Assembly: GCA_001662655.1 (NCBI GenBank)
Contig: KV460208.1
Direction: 5' to 3' (one strand)
Source of the DNA: Pseudogymnoascus verrucosus
Taxonomy: Eukaryota
Length of the DNA stretch: 64,000 nt
Part shown: piece after piece, positions 1 to 13,480 of the stretch
How the letters are laid out: each line of letters opens with the position of its first letter
Numbering within the stretch: position 1 is the stretch's first letter
Translations under genes and position numbers: made by a program
The notes under the pieces: generated by a model
Databases searched by the model: none
Told to the model about the DNA's origin: nothing
Seen by the model: the letters and a program-made list of their open reading frames with translations, nothing else

Positions 1-1088
1 ACCGTATGATCCCCAATCAAGTTTACAGACTGTATTCGACATATACTAATTACCTTGTAGTCTTTACCACGCATTTGGACAGGTGCTGTACAGCTCTATT
101 GGGCCCAAGCGCGGAATTCCAATCTACATCATGCCCAAATTCGACTTCCTCGAGTTCCTGGGACACATCTCAACCCACCGCGTCACCGAGCTCCTGATCG
201 TGCCGCCCGTCGTCACTGCTCTTGCCAAACACCCCGCGGCTAAGAAAGCAGACCTCAGCAGCGTCAATTACGTCTCCTGCGGCGGTGCGCCACTAAGCTC
301 CTCTCTCGCCCGTGAGGCCGAGACCCTATGGGGTGGCAATCTGAACATCAAGGTGAGACGCTCGCGTGCAACTTACCTCTCCCATTAACAGACTAACAAC
401 CCCATAGCAAGGTTATGGCATGACAGAAACCACGGTTATAGCCACGGGAATGAACCCTGCCTTGCTCTCTACCGACGCTTCCGTTGGCTCCCTCGTCTCC
501 GGCCTCTCTGCCCGCCTCGTCGACCCTAAGACTGGCATCGACGTCCCCGTTCATCCCGATTCGACAGGTGAGATCTGGGTCCGCGGTCCCAACATCATGA
601 AAGGCTACTGGCGCAACCCAACCGCCACGGCGGGCACGATGAGTGACGGGTGGCTAAAGACCGGTGATATGGCGAGGGTTGAGAATGGCCGCTGGTTTAT
701 CGTTGATCGGTTGAAGGAGCTGATTAAGGTCAAGGGGTTCCAGGTTGCGCCGGCGGAGCTGGAGGGACTGATACTGGAGAACCCTAAGGTGGGCGATGTG
801 GGTGTGGTGGGTGTTATTGTCCAGGGTGAAGAGTGCCCGAGGGCATATGTTGCGCTCAAGCCGGGGATGACAGCGACGAAGAGGGAGATCGCCGAGTTCG
901 TCGAGAAGCAGACCACCAGGTATAAGTGGCTCACTGGAGGTGTCGTGTTTGTGGATGAAATACCTAAGAATCCGGTAAGTTTTGCGCTCGAGAATGATAG
1001 GTGGGACTGCATGCTAACGATTCCATAGTCCGGGAAGATCCTTAGAAAGGCTCTGCGGGACCTTGCGGCGAAAGATTCGAAGCTATAG
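1..1088 (+). CDS. 4-coumarate-CoA ligase-like / acyl-CoA synthetase (ANL superfamily), 5' part outside window, peroxisomal PTS1
   Basis: Spliced ORFs 83..388 and 420..1028 carry ANL motifs SCGGAPL, (Q)GYGMTE, GEIWVRGPNIMKGY, WLKTGD, DRLKELIKVKGFQVAPAELE and IPKNP. After an intron (GTAAG ~975 to TAG 1028) the last exon 1029-1088 reads SGKILRKALRDLAAKDSKL*. Confidence 0.9.
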
Positions 1089-1986
1089 TATCATTGTGAG
1101 CACTGGTGCAGCATCATCATTTTTGGAAGGACCATTTTCAATCCATCTTAGCGTAAGCGTAGATATATATAGATATGTTGCCATATACCATCACACTATA
1201 TATATACACACGAATGGCTTCAGATCTTCCATAGATGGATTTCATATGCCTTCTTTGCTCTCGCACTGGTTTATACATTCCCATTCGTTGCGTATCACTT
1301 TCGCTTCCATGGCATGGAGGAGCATTTCTCTGGAAGTCTCATGTTCTATTGGGCTTGTTATCCAAGTATGGCTTACTTTTGCATCTCACAGTACAATCCG
1401 GCGAGCAACAACGGAAACAGCATGGATACGAAGAACATCACTGATTTAATACATAGAAACCTTGGTTATGAATTCTTCAAGATAACACATTTCCTTGATG
1501 TTGTTATATTCATGATAAAGTTCATCTGGCATTGCGGCAACGACACTGTCGAAGTGCCCAGCGATAAATTTATCCTACATTCTTGTAGATACTTATTTAA
1601 CTAGAGATGCTGCGCACGAGGCAGATCTAGCGAACATAACCCCAAAAAATCCAACGAGCATAGCAATCTTCAAAGAATCTGCCACATTAAATAATAAGCT
1701 TTGTATTTATGAAGAGGGGCGCGAGTCGACCATGTTGGGGGAGTAATGATATATTAGAGCCATTCAAGTTCTAACGGCTAATGCTATAGTGGTTCTAGAG
1801 TATCTATTGTGGAATTTATACGAGATAACGGGCACGGGGATGGACATAGTAGTGAGTAGTTTGATCTGATTTTCTAGTTGCAAATAATTAAATTATGTGC
1901 CATCCTATTCATTTAACCATACAAATATGCTCCATGCAGTGATATAGCAACACCAGGCAAACCGGTATTAGAGCCTATAGGCCCGA

Positions 1987-2580
1987 CTAGCATTTGAAGT
2001 CATTGCCATACATTTCAATCCCATTGATTCCCGACCCGTTCTCAGCTGTGTGAGTAAAGGTAAGATGGTCACCAGCATCAGGATTCAGACTGTATGAAAA
2101 ATCGCCGTTCTCTGAGGCGGCAATAGCTGCATCCACAATGGCAAGCCTGTCGTCTTCACTGAGCTGATGGTTTCCCCACAGCATAGTGTTCTGAGCGGCC
2201 TGGAGCAAACTGTTTCCGTTGGCACATGGAGACCCCTCGCCACTAATGCATGCTGAATTTTGGCTGGTGTGCAATCCAGTGAGACATGTGGTCATGTCTT
2301 TTTCAGCGGCTGTGAACTTTTCATTTCCAGAATACCAACAGTATTCCCACGTCTGTCCGGTAGGGGCTGTTCCAGAGACTGAGTTACAGCCGGTACCACC
2401 AACACAGCATGCTGTGCCTGTGCCTGCGTTGCGATCTTTGACGACGGATGAGTCGCGCTGGACGGCCAAGGCGTTGCTCATGCTGGCGAAGGCTGTGGCT
2501 ACTGCGGCGATTTGGCTATTCTCTATCAGTCAAATTCTTGGAGAGAGCATATTTGCGGAGGCATACGTGAAAGAAACCAT
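1987..2580 (-). CDS. small secreted cysteine-rich protein (~180 aa, 8 Cys)
   Basis: ATG at 2580; a 51-nt GT-AG intron (2566-2516) joins into ORF 1987..2481, giving MVSFTQIAAVATAFASMSNALAVQR... (signal-peptide-like). Eight Cys including the C-terminal residue. Confidence 0.75.
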
Positions 2581-2989
2581 TTTGGATGTTTAGAGGTGAT
2601 TGGTCGAAGGATTATGATTCTTAACGTGGAATATGTTGCGAAGTGGTGAAGATTGGTTGGAAGAATGCGAAAGACTATCGATTTAATTGTAGATATTGAT
2701 GTGTTGGCTTGTTGATGACCTGGATTTATTGAAGAATATAGAGGGCACTATGTCCATATTTATAGCTGTTCATCAGCTTTCAAGATGCTGCAACATCATA
2801 TCCCTCATTCCAAATAAATCCGATTGCGCCAGGCTAGTACAGATCCTAAGGGGTAGAGTTGCCCAGAGGAGGCTCCTTTCAAGATCCTTTCAAGATCTTG
2901 CTAGATCTTGGAGAGAGTAGTAGCGTCGATCGTGCGCAGTACCGATACGATCTGCATACCCGTTCCAGCACATGGGTCGCCCTGTTCAT

Positions 2990-3225
2990 CCTATGGCATC
3001 GCTTTGAATCCTTCAGCATCATTTAGCATCCTGCAACATCAATTAGAATCCTTCAACATCATTAACGTCTTTTAGCGTATATTTTTTCGACATCATTCAG
3101 TATTCCTCAGCATCCTTCCCAATCCCCACCCTACCCATTTAAACTTTTTAGCATGCATCCTTCCGCGTCATTCAGCATCCCTCCGCATCCTTCCTCACTC
3201 CCACCCCACCCATTTAAACCCGACT
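2990..3225. repeat. degenerate low-complexity repeat (CAGCATC-type units) with a duplicated ~40-nt block
   Basis: Recurring cagcatc/caacatc units; catccttcc..cccaccc..cccatttaaac occurs twice (~3111 and ~3186). Confidence 0.5.
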
Positions 3226-5554
3226 TAACAGGACTTGGAATCTAATTGGCAAGTATTAAAGTGATAAACGTCATAGCCATTTTTTTGTTCCTGTATAAAC
3301 GTTAAACAACCTATTCTTAGAAGCTACGCTTACGCGAAATTGGCACGAAAGCTTGGTTTGCGCCACACCCTTATCACCCTGCTCACCCCACCGACACCCC
3401 TGCTTCACCCTTTTAGGTAGTAAGAGGTTTAGCAATAATGAAAGCAGGGAAGTCTTCTGTGACCAAATTTTTTTATATTCTAAAGCTATTGTAGATATTC
3501 TTGCTCGAGACAAAAATAGACAGGATTGAGGAGCCAAAGAAAAAGTGGTCTAAGATGTCGACACGTTTTCTCACCAACGCAAACGAGAGGGAGAGGACCG
3601 AAGCGAAGAAGAATTCACAGGCATGGGGAAACTATCATGGCAGCTGAGGTCCTGATTGACAATTGACTTCCCTTCCTTGGTTGTATTCTGCGAGATGGCC
3701 AAGATCGAGGTTCACATGGCATGTGCTAATTATAGTTGACACCATCGTTGGCCTTTTGAGATATGATCGACAACCCCAAACAAAACCTTCTCTGCGCAGA
3801 TCGCATCGGCGGTGGTGGTTTGCCGAATTCACCTACACGCACACGCCTGCCAGGATTCGAGCGTCTTAACGAGGCTAACCAGGAGTCGCTCGCGCGCACT
3901 CGCCAGATATGGGGTATGAGCGAAGCATCTGTTCGCCATCCCACGGCTACCCAATCGACAAGCTTCGACAATTCTAGGGGTTCAGCGAGCACATCGAGTC
4001 CCGCTGGTGGCAAGAAGCCCTGTTGGTGAGAAGAAGTCCTGACGGCGGGAAGAATCTCTGTCGGTGATGTGAAAATGGGAATGGCAGTGGGTGCGACAGC
4101 GATAGAGTTGGTTTGGGAACAGATCGACAATCAAATTTAGAATTCGCTTTGGATCCAGAACCGGGGAACGGTGACATCAATACAACTCCAGTTGATTTCC
4201 TGATATGTAAGAAAGAAAGAGAAAATCTTAGAGGAGCGAAGTGAGGTGCACGGTTGGAGGAGGCCCCTTGTTAGTGATTCTGTCCACCAACGGGTTTAGA
4301 CTCTGCAAAATTATTCATCTCTTTTGGAAGAAAATCACGCACCAATAGCCACCCAACCTCTTCCCCCCTCCTCTATCCTTGGATTATAGTTACTTTTTTG
4401 CGCAAAGAAGTTCGCACTGATACATTTCTAGAGCAATTATACATAGATCCATGAACTCAATCCAAAGTCGGCATATGTGAGAAAGCGGGGTAATGGTAGT
4501 AATATCCATATGTGCAAATAAAGGGATCAACAGTAGACGCGTGCCAGGTGAATGGGCGAGACGAAGCACAATCGTGAGGTTGTCAACATTATGAACGATA
4601 ACGAGGCTCCGGGATCAGAGAATAAGAACCAACCCCCCCCAAAAAAAAGATTCACTCCCTAAATCGGAGATCAATACACTGACCAAGACGAACGAGGGCC
4701 ATTCAACAATCTAAAGCTGCAAATGTGCTTCAGCCACATGACAAGATCGCTGTTAAGCTATCGATTGTCTCCAACGGAGAAATATACAAGGTAAAGCAGG
4801 TGGTTTGATCCGGGGTGCGGATGGGCGACTGTGGTTGGCCGTGGCAGCCTAGCGATGGTGGGAAGCTTCGTTGGTGGTGAGAAAAGGGCGACAACTGAAT
4901 AATGACAGTGGGAGAGGGGCAGTGACAAGACTATCGTAGCCTTCACTCCATCTGCGAGCGGCATATCCTTTGGAATGCAGCTGATAATAACGGTCTGCAC
5001 CGACCGCCTGGCGCTAGACTTTGAGTTGACCTTTAACACCCACAGGTTTCTCATTTCGATTGTTGATTCAGTGGCTATTTATGGGGTTACTGTTCCGTCC
5101 AGTGGAATATTTCCCATGGCTTGTTCGGAAAGTGGCTTCTTGACTTATATTTACTGATTCTATTTCCCGGGGGATAGAATACCCAAGACATAGAACGGGC
5201 GATGTGAAGGAAGTTACAGGTTATCATCTTCAATAACTATCTCATCCTCCTCTCCTCTCATCCCATCCACCTAAGTCCAACACTATCTATGACACCCCCC
5301 ACTCTTCCATCACCAGCACCATGAAATCACAAATAAAAAAAAGGCGCCTCCAGCGCCCCCCAAGAAAATGCCCGAGCCCTCCAATCAAATAAACCCCCCT
5401 ATTCTCCATAAAAACCCCGCGCAGAAAGACAGAACCTCCAGCAAACAAGGTTCCAAAAAATGTACAGCGCGAGACAAAACGGAACAGTTCAAATCTACCA
5501 ACACGCAGTGTGCACACCGCGGAGGGAGGGATGTGGCGACGAAGCAGAGGTTGA

Positions 5555-8500
5555 CTAAACATCCCCACCAGCCTCCCTAACCCTCACCCTCTCCGCCTCC
5601 GCCTCAACAGCAGCAACCAGCTCTCCCCTCTCCACCCCCCCAAGTCCCTCCTCATCCCCCTCCCCCTCCTCCTCCCCCCCAAACTTAGCACCAAACCTTA
5701 ACATCCTCCCCTCCTCCTGCGACAGTGCCTTCGACGCAAGCGAAACATCCGAATTATGTCTCGACAATATCGGGCGGCTCGTCCGGCCCTCTTCAGGAAC
5801 AGCATCGATGTCCTCATCCGACAGAGCCGTTTCATCGGGGTACGCGTAGTCCCCTGCTGAGGCGCTGGCGGGCGCGGGGGCGGAGGGGGTGTGGAAGGTG
5901 GTGGGGAGGGCAGTGGTGAGGGGTGGGGAAGGGGGGAGGCGTGTGTCGGGGTATTCGTTTTCGAAGCGGGTGATCATGCGGGAGAGGGTTTGGTCGAGGA
6001 AGAGGAGTTTGTCTGGGTTGTGTGTTAGTCATGGATAAACTGCATGGTATAATAAACCGCGGAAAAGGGATAAAACTCACGATAATTCAACCCCCCAGAC
6101 TCCTTCGCCTCCTTCAACAGCGCCGGCTGCAACCTTGCTCTGATTCTCCTCGCACTCCCTAACAGATTCTTCGACATATCCCTCGCCCTCCCCGCCCCAT
6201 TTGCACCACCCGCCGCCGCACCATCATCACCCCTGCGCAAATCAACAGACGACCTCATACGATCCCTATCAATACTAGCCCTTCTCGAATCCCCCGACCG
6301 ATTCTTCAAGCAGATCCCGAGCGCCTTGACAACGCCAGTGCCACCAATAACGTAATCCTCATCCGGCGCCCCCGCGCCCTCCCCATCAACACCATGGAAC
6401 GCAGCATCAGCATCGTCATCCGCATCATCTGCGTTAGAATTATACTGGTACCCCACCAAATGCGCCAGCACATCCGGGACCGCGACCTCATCGCGCTGCG
6501 TCTCGCCAGCAGGGGGCGGCGCAGACGGATCCTGCGTTATCTCCGCCACAGGGCCACGCTCCATATTGCGCAACGAGTAAGCGACGACCTGTTTCGCGAG
6601 GGCCTTGACGACTTCGCTCGACGCCGCGGAGGGGAGGTCGATATCGATGCATATCAGACTCCTCGATACGCGAACCGCAGCCATAAGGGAAGCGTACAGC
6701 GCGCACGCTTCCTCTTGTTGTCCCTCTTCCCCTGCCGTAGCGAGGGCGGTGAGTTCCGGGTTCCCGAGGAGGTTGACGTGTGCCAGCCCTGGGGAATCGG
6801 GGAAGATCTCCGCGAGGGCGATGGCTTGTTCGGGGGACATGGCGCAGGACGAGAGGTGGATGCGTTTTAGCGACTGCAGGAGGGGGAGGTACTTGCGCAG
6901 TAGGTGCACGGCGGAGGGTTTGGTGGCGAAGAGCGCGGCGTTGTGGCTTAGATCTATGAAGCGAAAATTGCTGAGCCGTACGAGCGCGGGGAAGAGGTAT
7001 GCGAGCTGGTCGGGGGTGAGACCGCAGTTGGCAAGGGAGAGGGCGAAGAGGGGGTGAGAGGGGGAGATGGAGTCGACGAGTGGGTCGAGGAGGTCGCAGA
7101 GCTGGTTACCGCCTAGGTCGAGGCCTTCGCATTTCCCGGCTTCGAGATAGCGCGCTACGTGCGCCATGCCTTCGGCGTCGAGGTTGTTGCCGGCGAGCCC
7201 GAGACGGCGGAGACTTGTTTGGATGGCGCCGTCGACAATGAGGCCAATTTGGGGGGCTATTAGGCCTGTCTCGGCCATGTTGAGGAGCTCGAGTTCGGCG
7301 CCTGCGAGGCGCGTGCCGAGAGCTTTTGATAATATCGCTGCTGGATCTGTGGCTGCTGCCGTTGCTGTTGCTGTCGCTGGAGTGCCGGTCCTTGCGGGTG
7401 TCGCTGGAGCTGCACCAGAAAAACCACCAATAACAGGTGACGCATGCTCCGTGGACTTTGGCGACGCAGCCTGCGGGAATGGAATCATCGAGACGTCCAG
7501 GTTCCGCAGCGAGCGCGACATATTAACAAATAAACTAATATGTCTCCACCCATCGCGCCCGATCTTGGGGTTGTTCTTGAGAGTGACGCGCTGCACAGCG
7601 CCGTGGCGCGGGACCGTTGCAGTAGCGCCATGGTGGCCTCCTAATGGAGACCGGCGTGGCTTCACCTGGTCGGGAGAGCTGACGGCTAGGAGACCGGCGA
7701 GGATGATGCGTACGCCTTCATCGGTGAGGCCACAATTCTCCATAATGAGCTCCTTAATAGGGACGACGGCTAGATAGTCACCCAGAGTGGCTAGATCGGC
7801 GAGCTGAAGCCAGCAGTCCGTCAGATCTAGGCGCGTAACGACCCCGGGTTTGTCGGTCGTGTTGGATGGGAGGGCAAGCTGCTCAGTAATCTTCTTTAAG
7901 ATGGGAGTCTCACGGAGCTGGCAGCAGCGGCGGTAGATACGGACTGGGTCCGTGGTAGGCGAGGATGACGAGCGTGGTATAGGCGCTGTTGCAGACGCGC
8001 CAGAGGCGGAGCTATCGCTGTCACCTCTAACGAGCTCGACGGGGATAGTCCCGCTTTCCTCGGCGAGCTTGCGCTTCTTCTCCTTGCGGGCCTTGCGCTC
8101 CTCGTCGCTCTTCTTCTTTTTCTCCTTCTTGCGCGTCATCGTTTTCTCCCCTGAGGCAGGCGCTACGCCGTTCGTCGCTGGTTCTGTACCTTCCTTAGCC
8201 GGTTCCTTCCCCACCTGCTCCCCAGATACATGTACCACCCCATCCTTCTCTTTCTGCTCCTTAACCTCAGTAGCATGCTTCAGCGCCTCCCCCTCCCCTT
8301 TCTCCCCCAACTTCTTCTTCCTCGACTTATCCACCGCCTTCTCCACAGGCTCCTCATCATTATACCTTGGGCGACTCGCAATCTCCACATCCACACAAAA
8401 CGCCACCCTCCTCAACTTCGCCTGATCCAGCTCTGGCATACAGCACCTCTCCCTCCCCATATCAACATTAAGTATCCTCCTCTCGCAGATCCCGCCATTC

Positions 8501-9427
8501 CCCCTAGGCGATCCCGACGACGCAAGCTGCCCCCCCGACGACAGCCGCCTCAGCGCACTAGTCAGGAAATTCGGATGCGTCGACTTGGGCGGGACAGGAG
8601 TGTACGGCGCATTGCCATCCCCCGCCCTCTGTCCATGCGGGAGTACCGCATTCCGCGGCGCCGTCTGCACAGGCGGGCGCGGCTCCTCTTCTTCAGGTGT
8701 GCTTGATAGCGGAGCGACAGGCGAGCGCGGTGTCTGTTCGCTACCAGCTGCAGCTGCGGCAGCGGGCTGGGCGCTGGAGGGCGAGGAGGAGAACTTGGAG
8801 GAGATGCTGGAAAGCCAGGAGTTACGACGGATGCCGGTTGGGCCCTGGAGGGGCGATTTTCCGGGCAGGCTCGAGGGAGAGCCTACTCTCTCTGGGATTG
8901 TGCGCGCGGGGGGCCCGGCGCGTTGGGGGATCTGGCGGGGGGTTGAGGGAGGGGTTTCGCGCGGTGCGGAGGTGGTGGTTGTGGTTGTGGTGCCGTTTGT
9001 TTTGGGGGCTGGGGATGAGCGGCGCGCTACGTCGGATATGAGGGAGGTTGATCGTTCTGATCGTGTGGAGCGGGTGCTTTCTGGATAGAGGGAGATGTTA
9101 GCTGTGGTCTGAAGTGTGTTTAGTTCCGTCAATCCGTGGGGTGCCTCTGGTTTCAGCGCTCTGAATGGAGTTTGCAGCTACAGCTCTTTGAATCTTGCCT
9201 CACTTGATAGCACAACTCAGCACCCCCAGCCTTATCGGTGGTCTTTGAGGCATGTCCTCAGGACCAGCTCTCCCCGTGGCTTCAGCTTCAGCCCCCCAAA
9301 CCATGCCTACTACCCTCAAGACCACACCCCCCACCACACCACCACAAAAGAACAGGACACACAACAACATACCTCTACTATTTGTATTATGCAACCACGA
9401 CACATCCACCCCATGTATATTCTCCAT
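5555..9427 (-). CDS. Mhp1/Gip3-like RNI/LRR protein (cell wall biogenesis, putative PP1 regulator)
   Basis: N-terminal exon MENIHGVDVSWLH (9427). The 1035-aa ORF 6025..9132 has RRVAFCVDV (RVxF), IYRRCCQLRETPILK and RNI-like LRRs. The last exon reads LLFLDQTLSRMITRFENEYP...LASKALSQEEGRMLRFG to the stop at 5555. 5' exon structure uncertain. Confidence 0.8.
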
Positions 9428-10139
9428 CTTGGTGTCCTTCTCTTTCTATCCCACCCGTCTCCGTCGTGTCAATGTCTCAGACCGGCGCTGCGCGTGGCGT
9501 GGGGACGTATAGTCCGATCGTAGAACCAAGTCAAGTCAAGTCGCAGTCGCAGACGCAGCAGTGTGACCGTTCAAGGCGAATGTCACGATCGCGAACGCAC
9601 CATGATGAACCACAGCGCAGTGTTGAGTGTAGGAGCCTCGCGGGCGTTTTTTTGGCGGCGCGGGGGAGCTGGTCTGGCTATATGAGGTAGTGGTGGGAGG
9701 TGTTCGAAGTTGTAGAAGTGGTCGAAGGGTTTCTGTGAGGATAGATTGTCTGGATGAAATGAAGTATAGTATAAGCGCGGCTAGGGAAATGATGCTGTTA
9801 TCGGTTGGATTGATTACTCAATAGGTGAAAGGGCGGCGGCGTTGATTGCTAAAGCTATGGTGTGTATGGTGTATTGGAGTATTGGTACTCGAGTACAACG
9901 AAACCGTGTGGTTAATGCGTGGGGGGGACGGTGATGACGGTGATGGGTTGAGGGAAAGGGATCGGGGGACCAAGTATTGCCTTTGCTGGGTGGAGGTGGA
10001 AAGCGGTACTTGAGATTAGGCGAGAGATACTATATAATCAGAAGTACCAATGGGTGGACGGTTTGGCGGCTGATAGGTTGACGGTTCGTCCATTCACACG
10101 CGATGGATGTGGAGAACGGCCAACCAGAGGAGTTGTTTA

Positions 10140-10530
10140 TCCTATTAGTACTTTATAGTAAGTAGTAAGCACGGCAGTAGAGTAGTGAAGGGTCTTTAGT
10201 GGAAAGTTAGGGAAGTTATGGAAGTTAAGGAAGTTAGTAGAAGTATTTTATAGCAGTAAGCACGGCAGAAGAGCACGGAGTTCGCAGTAAAGTATCCTTA
10301 GTGGAAAGTTAGGGAAGTTTAGGGAAGTTAAGGAAGTTAGTAGAAGTATCTTATAGTAGTATACATGGTAGTAGAGATACTTTCTGACAACCAGAGTGGT
10401 GGGAATAGCGTGATCGGCGGAGTTCGCAGCCATAGGGCTTATAGGAGGGTAGTAGTATAGTGTTAGTATAGTGTTAGTATAGTGGTAGTATAGTGGTAGT
10501 ATAGCAGTAGTATGGTAATTAGTATACATA
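10140..10530. repeat. C-poor tandem duplication and low-complexity TAG/GTA-rich tract
   Basis: An ~90-nt unit (gtaagcacggcag...tagtggaaagttagggaagtt...aaggaagttagtagaagtat) occurs at ~10161-10247 and ~10253-10349, followed by (tagtgttagta/tagtggtagta)n. Confidence 0.7.
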
Positions 10531-10865
10531 GGATAAATGAATTATAGGTGGATGTACTACGGTATATATACGGAGTATAGCCTCTAGATACAAAGTAGTC
10601 GCTGCTGTTGAGAATATTTTATAGAATGAACGCCGTATCTAAAAGCAATGCTATTACGGCTATAAGCATCCTATAACTAACATATAAGCATAACTTACAG
10701 TACTGACTGTACTTTTACGGCACTTCGGTACTGAAGAAAAAAAAACCGTTGACCCATCTATCCGTCAATCCGATAATCCTTCGTGCATGATCGTAAAATC
10801 AACTTCCCAGCCCTTTGGTCTCCCCGCTTCTCCACAAGTCTACGGACCACAGAATACTTCAGAAA

Positions 10866-11160
10866 CACGTGACTATGACTACCTATGAGGAAAGTGGTCT
10901 TGCCGCACAGTCAGGCGTTAGATAGACCGGCTCCGGCTTGATTATACAGTATAATTAACATATCATCCCTCACCGTCTCGTCAGCGTCAGCTTTAGGGAG
11001 TCAGTTGGTCCGCAGTCCACCTAGCACCCTGGTTCCCTTTCCCGTAATATTGATTTTAGGTTGATTTTAGGTCACGTGATGCATAATTTAAACTCTGACG
11101 TCTGCCAAGTACCATGGTACCGAACTACCAAAATATGCCAAGCTCTCAACTAGTCACGTG
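10866..11160. promoter_or_regulatory. three GTCACGTG E-box sites and two GCCAAG sites upstream of the MFS permease
   Basis: CACGTGAC 10866-10873, GTCACGTG 11071-11078 and 11153-11160; GCCAAG at ~11104 and ~11137. Confidence 0.5.
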
Positions 11161-11617
11161 AAATAGATGATGGACAACAACCAATATCAGAAATATCCTC
11201 ACGAGAAGCGATTAATTAGTATAAATTGAATTAAATCTAAAAAAATCCCTTTAACAGATATATAACTAGATATATCATAAACAAGCTCTACATCTCCTCC
11301 GAGCATGAGCCGATCCAACCCCCACTCCACCGTACATCGGAGCTCCCCATGCATGTCCAGCCGTCCAACAAAAAAATTAAGCGGGGCGGGTGGTCTGGCC
11401 CGCCCTCACTTCCCCCTCCAAATTATATTTTATATTTTATATTGCTCGTCCTATCATTGCCATCCCTATTTTCCAGTTGAGAGTAGAAGACAGTAGAAGG
11501 GATCTCTACGTGCAAGAGGATCTGTAGGATTTGTGCGGTACTTTAGCTAGCAAGACTAGACTCTCGTCAACAACCCTCGAGACTGTTAGCACGCGCTCCC
11601 ATTGCTACCCAGTCGAG

Positions 11618-13480
11618 ATGGCAGACGACGACAAGATGGTGGACCGCGGTGATACGGTGTCTGACCTCGGAGATTCTAAGCAGGATTTTAAGGCTGTTGA
11701 TGGTGGTAGAGCTGTGGTGGGAGACACGGAAGCTGCTATCCAAGAAGATGTCGAAGTCGCGAAGGTCGAGGCTGTCTACAGGTACGTGACCGCAGACTCA
11801 TATCCATAGAATGCACGACTAACCATCTACTAGAAAAATCGACCGCAGGATTATTCCTCGTGAGCCTCACTCTCCCCATCAACCCTTCCATCACCCGCCC
11901 TTCCCCTTACCACTTCCCCTACCCCCAGCACCCTCACTAACTCCCCTCCCCAGCATTCTGGATCCTCTACTTCCTCTGCTCCGCCATCCGCTCCAACGTC
12001 GGCCTCTCCCAAACCATGAACGCCTCCGTGCACCACGACCTAGCCTCCATCCTCCACCTAACCGCCAAACAAGTCTCCCTCGGCCTCGCCCTCTTCTACG
12101 TCTCCTACGTCATCTTCGACCTCCCCTCCAACCTCATCATGTCCCGCCTCAGCCCCCGCGTCTGGATGGCCCGCATCGTCTTCGCCGTCGGCGTCATCGG
12201 CGCCTGCTTCGCTGCCATCAAAGCAGCATGGTCGCTCTTCCTCCTCCGCTTCCTCCTCGGTGTTGTGACGGCCGGTATGTGGCCTGGGATGGCGTATTAC
12301 CTCACCCTCTTCTACCCGCCCTCCCGCACTGGAAAGCGTATCGGCTACTACTTCTCCGCTGCCCAACTCTCCGCCGCCGTTGTGGGCCTTGTTTCCGCTG
12401 GTTTCCAGAAAATGGACGGCCTCCACGGCCTGGTCGGGTTCCAATGGATGTTCCTCGTCTACGGCGTCCTCGGCGCCGCCCTCGGCATCGCGCTGCTCTG
12501 GTGGCTCCCCGAGCGTCCCCTGATCCCCGGCCAGACCGCGCCGGAGAAAAAGGGACTGCTCCGCTGGCTACCGAGTCCGAAGCCCATACTGACGGGCGAG
12601 GACGCCGAAATCCATTATCGGGATCTGGGAAGGGTGTATCACGTGCGTCCATGGACGGCGAGGGATCTGCTCCGCGTCCTGGCGGATTGGAGGTTATGGC
12701 CGCTGGTGATTATGTATTTTGGAGTTGTTGGCGTGGGAATTGGGACACAACTTTACGGCTCCGTCATCATCGCCGGCATCGACCCTGGTTTCTCATCCAT
12801 CACCGTCAGCTTGCTCTTCGCTCCCATCTGGATCGTACGTCCATGCTACCACCCCCTCCCCACCATTAAGCTAACAAACAAAACAGATGGACCTCATAGC
12901 AATCCTCCTCGTAACCCCCCTCTCGGACCGCTTCCACCGTCTCCGCCCCCACTTCTTCATCACCGCCGTCCTCGTCCAAATCGCCGGTCTCCTCACCACC
13001 ACCTTCGCCCCCTCCTCCCGCCCCTGGGCCCGCTACGTCGGCCTCCTCCTCGTCGGCGCCGGTCTCGGCCCTACCGTCCCCATCACCATGACATGGACCT
13101 CCGAGATCTTCCAAGCACGCCATGGGGAGGTTGGCGTCGCTGCCGCCTCCGCGCTGGTGAGCGGCCTGGGGAATCTGGGCAGTATTACCACGACGTATGC
13201 GTTGTACACTGGGTGGCCGGCTGATGCGGTGAAGGGGCCGCATCGCTTTAGGGGGAGTAATTTGGCCATGATTGGGATTCTTTGTGGGAGTATCATTGCT
13301 GCTATCACGATGACGCTGTTGCTTCGCTTCTTCGGGAACGAACCCGCCAAGGTCCTCAGCAGCGGCAGCTCCACCACCACTACGAACGCCGCCGCGGACG
13401 CGGTCATCGTAGACGGTGCCGCGCGTCGCGAGGTCCAGCAGCGGGGTCTAGGACGGCGTTGGTGGACACGAAGCGCTTAG
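11618..13480 (+). CDS. MFS transporter, anion:cation symporter (Dal5/Tna1/Soa1-like) family
   Basis: Spliced model: MADDDK...VEAVYR, micro-exon KIDRRIIP (~11834-11858), ORF 12016.. with FYVSYVIFDLPSNL, LRFLLG and YLTLFYP, last exon 12887..13480. Multiple hydrophobic helices. Confidence 0.9.

Noticed and set aside
3550..5160. Short overlapping ORFs on both strands (e.g. 3763..4029 +, 3726..4130 -)
   Set aside because: No recognisable motifs and no convincing spliced model; could hide a small orphan gene but cannot be supported.
6306..9088. Many 100-200 aa ORFs overlapping the LRR gene
   Set aside because: Antisense or alternate-frame shadows of a GC-rich coding region.
11618..13480. MFS permease as the exporter of the PKS-NRPS cluster
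   Set aside because: ACS uptake family rather than DHA efflux type, different base composition and different promoter motifs.
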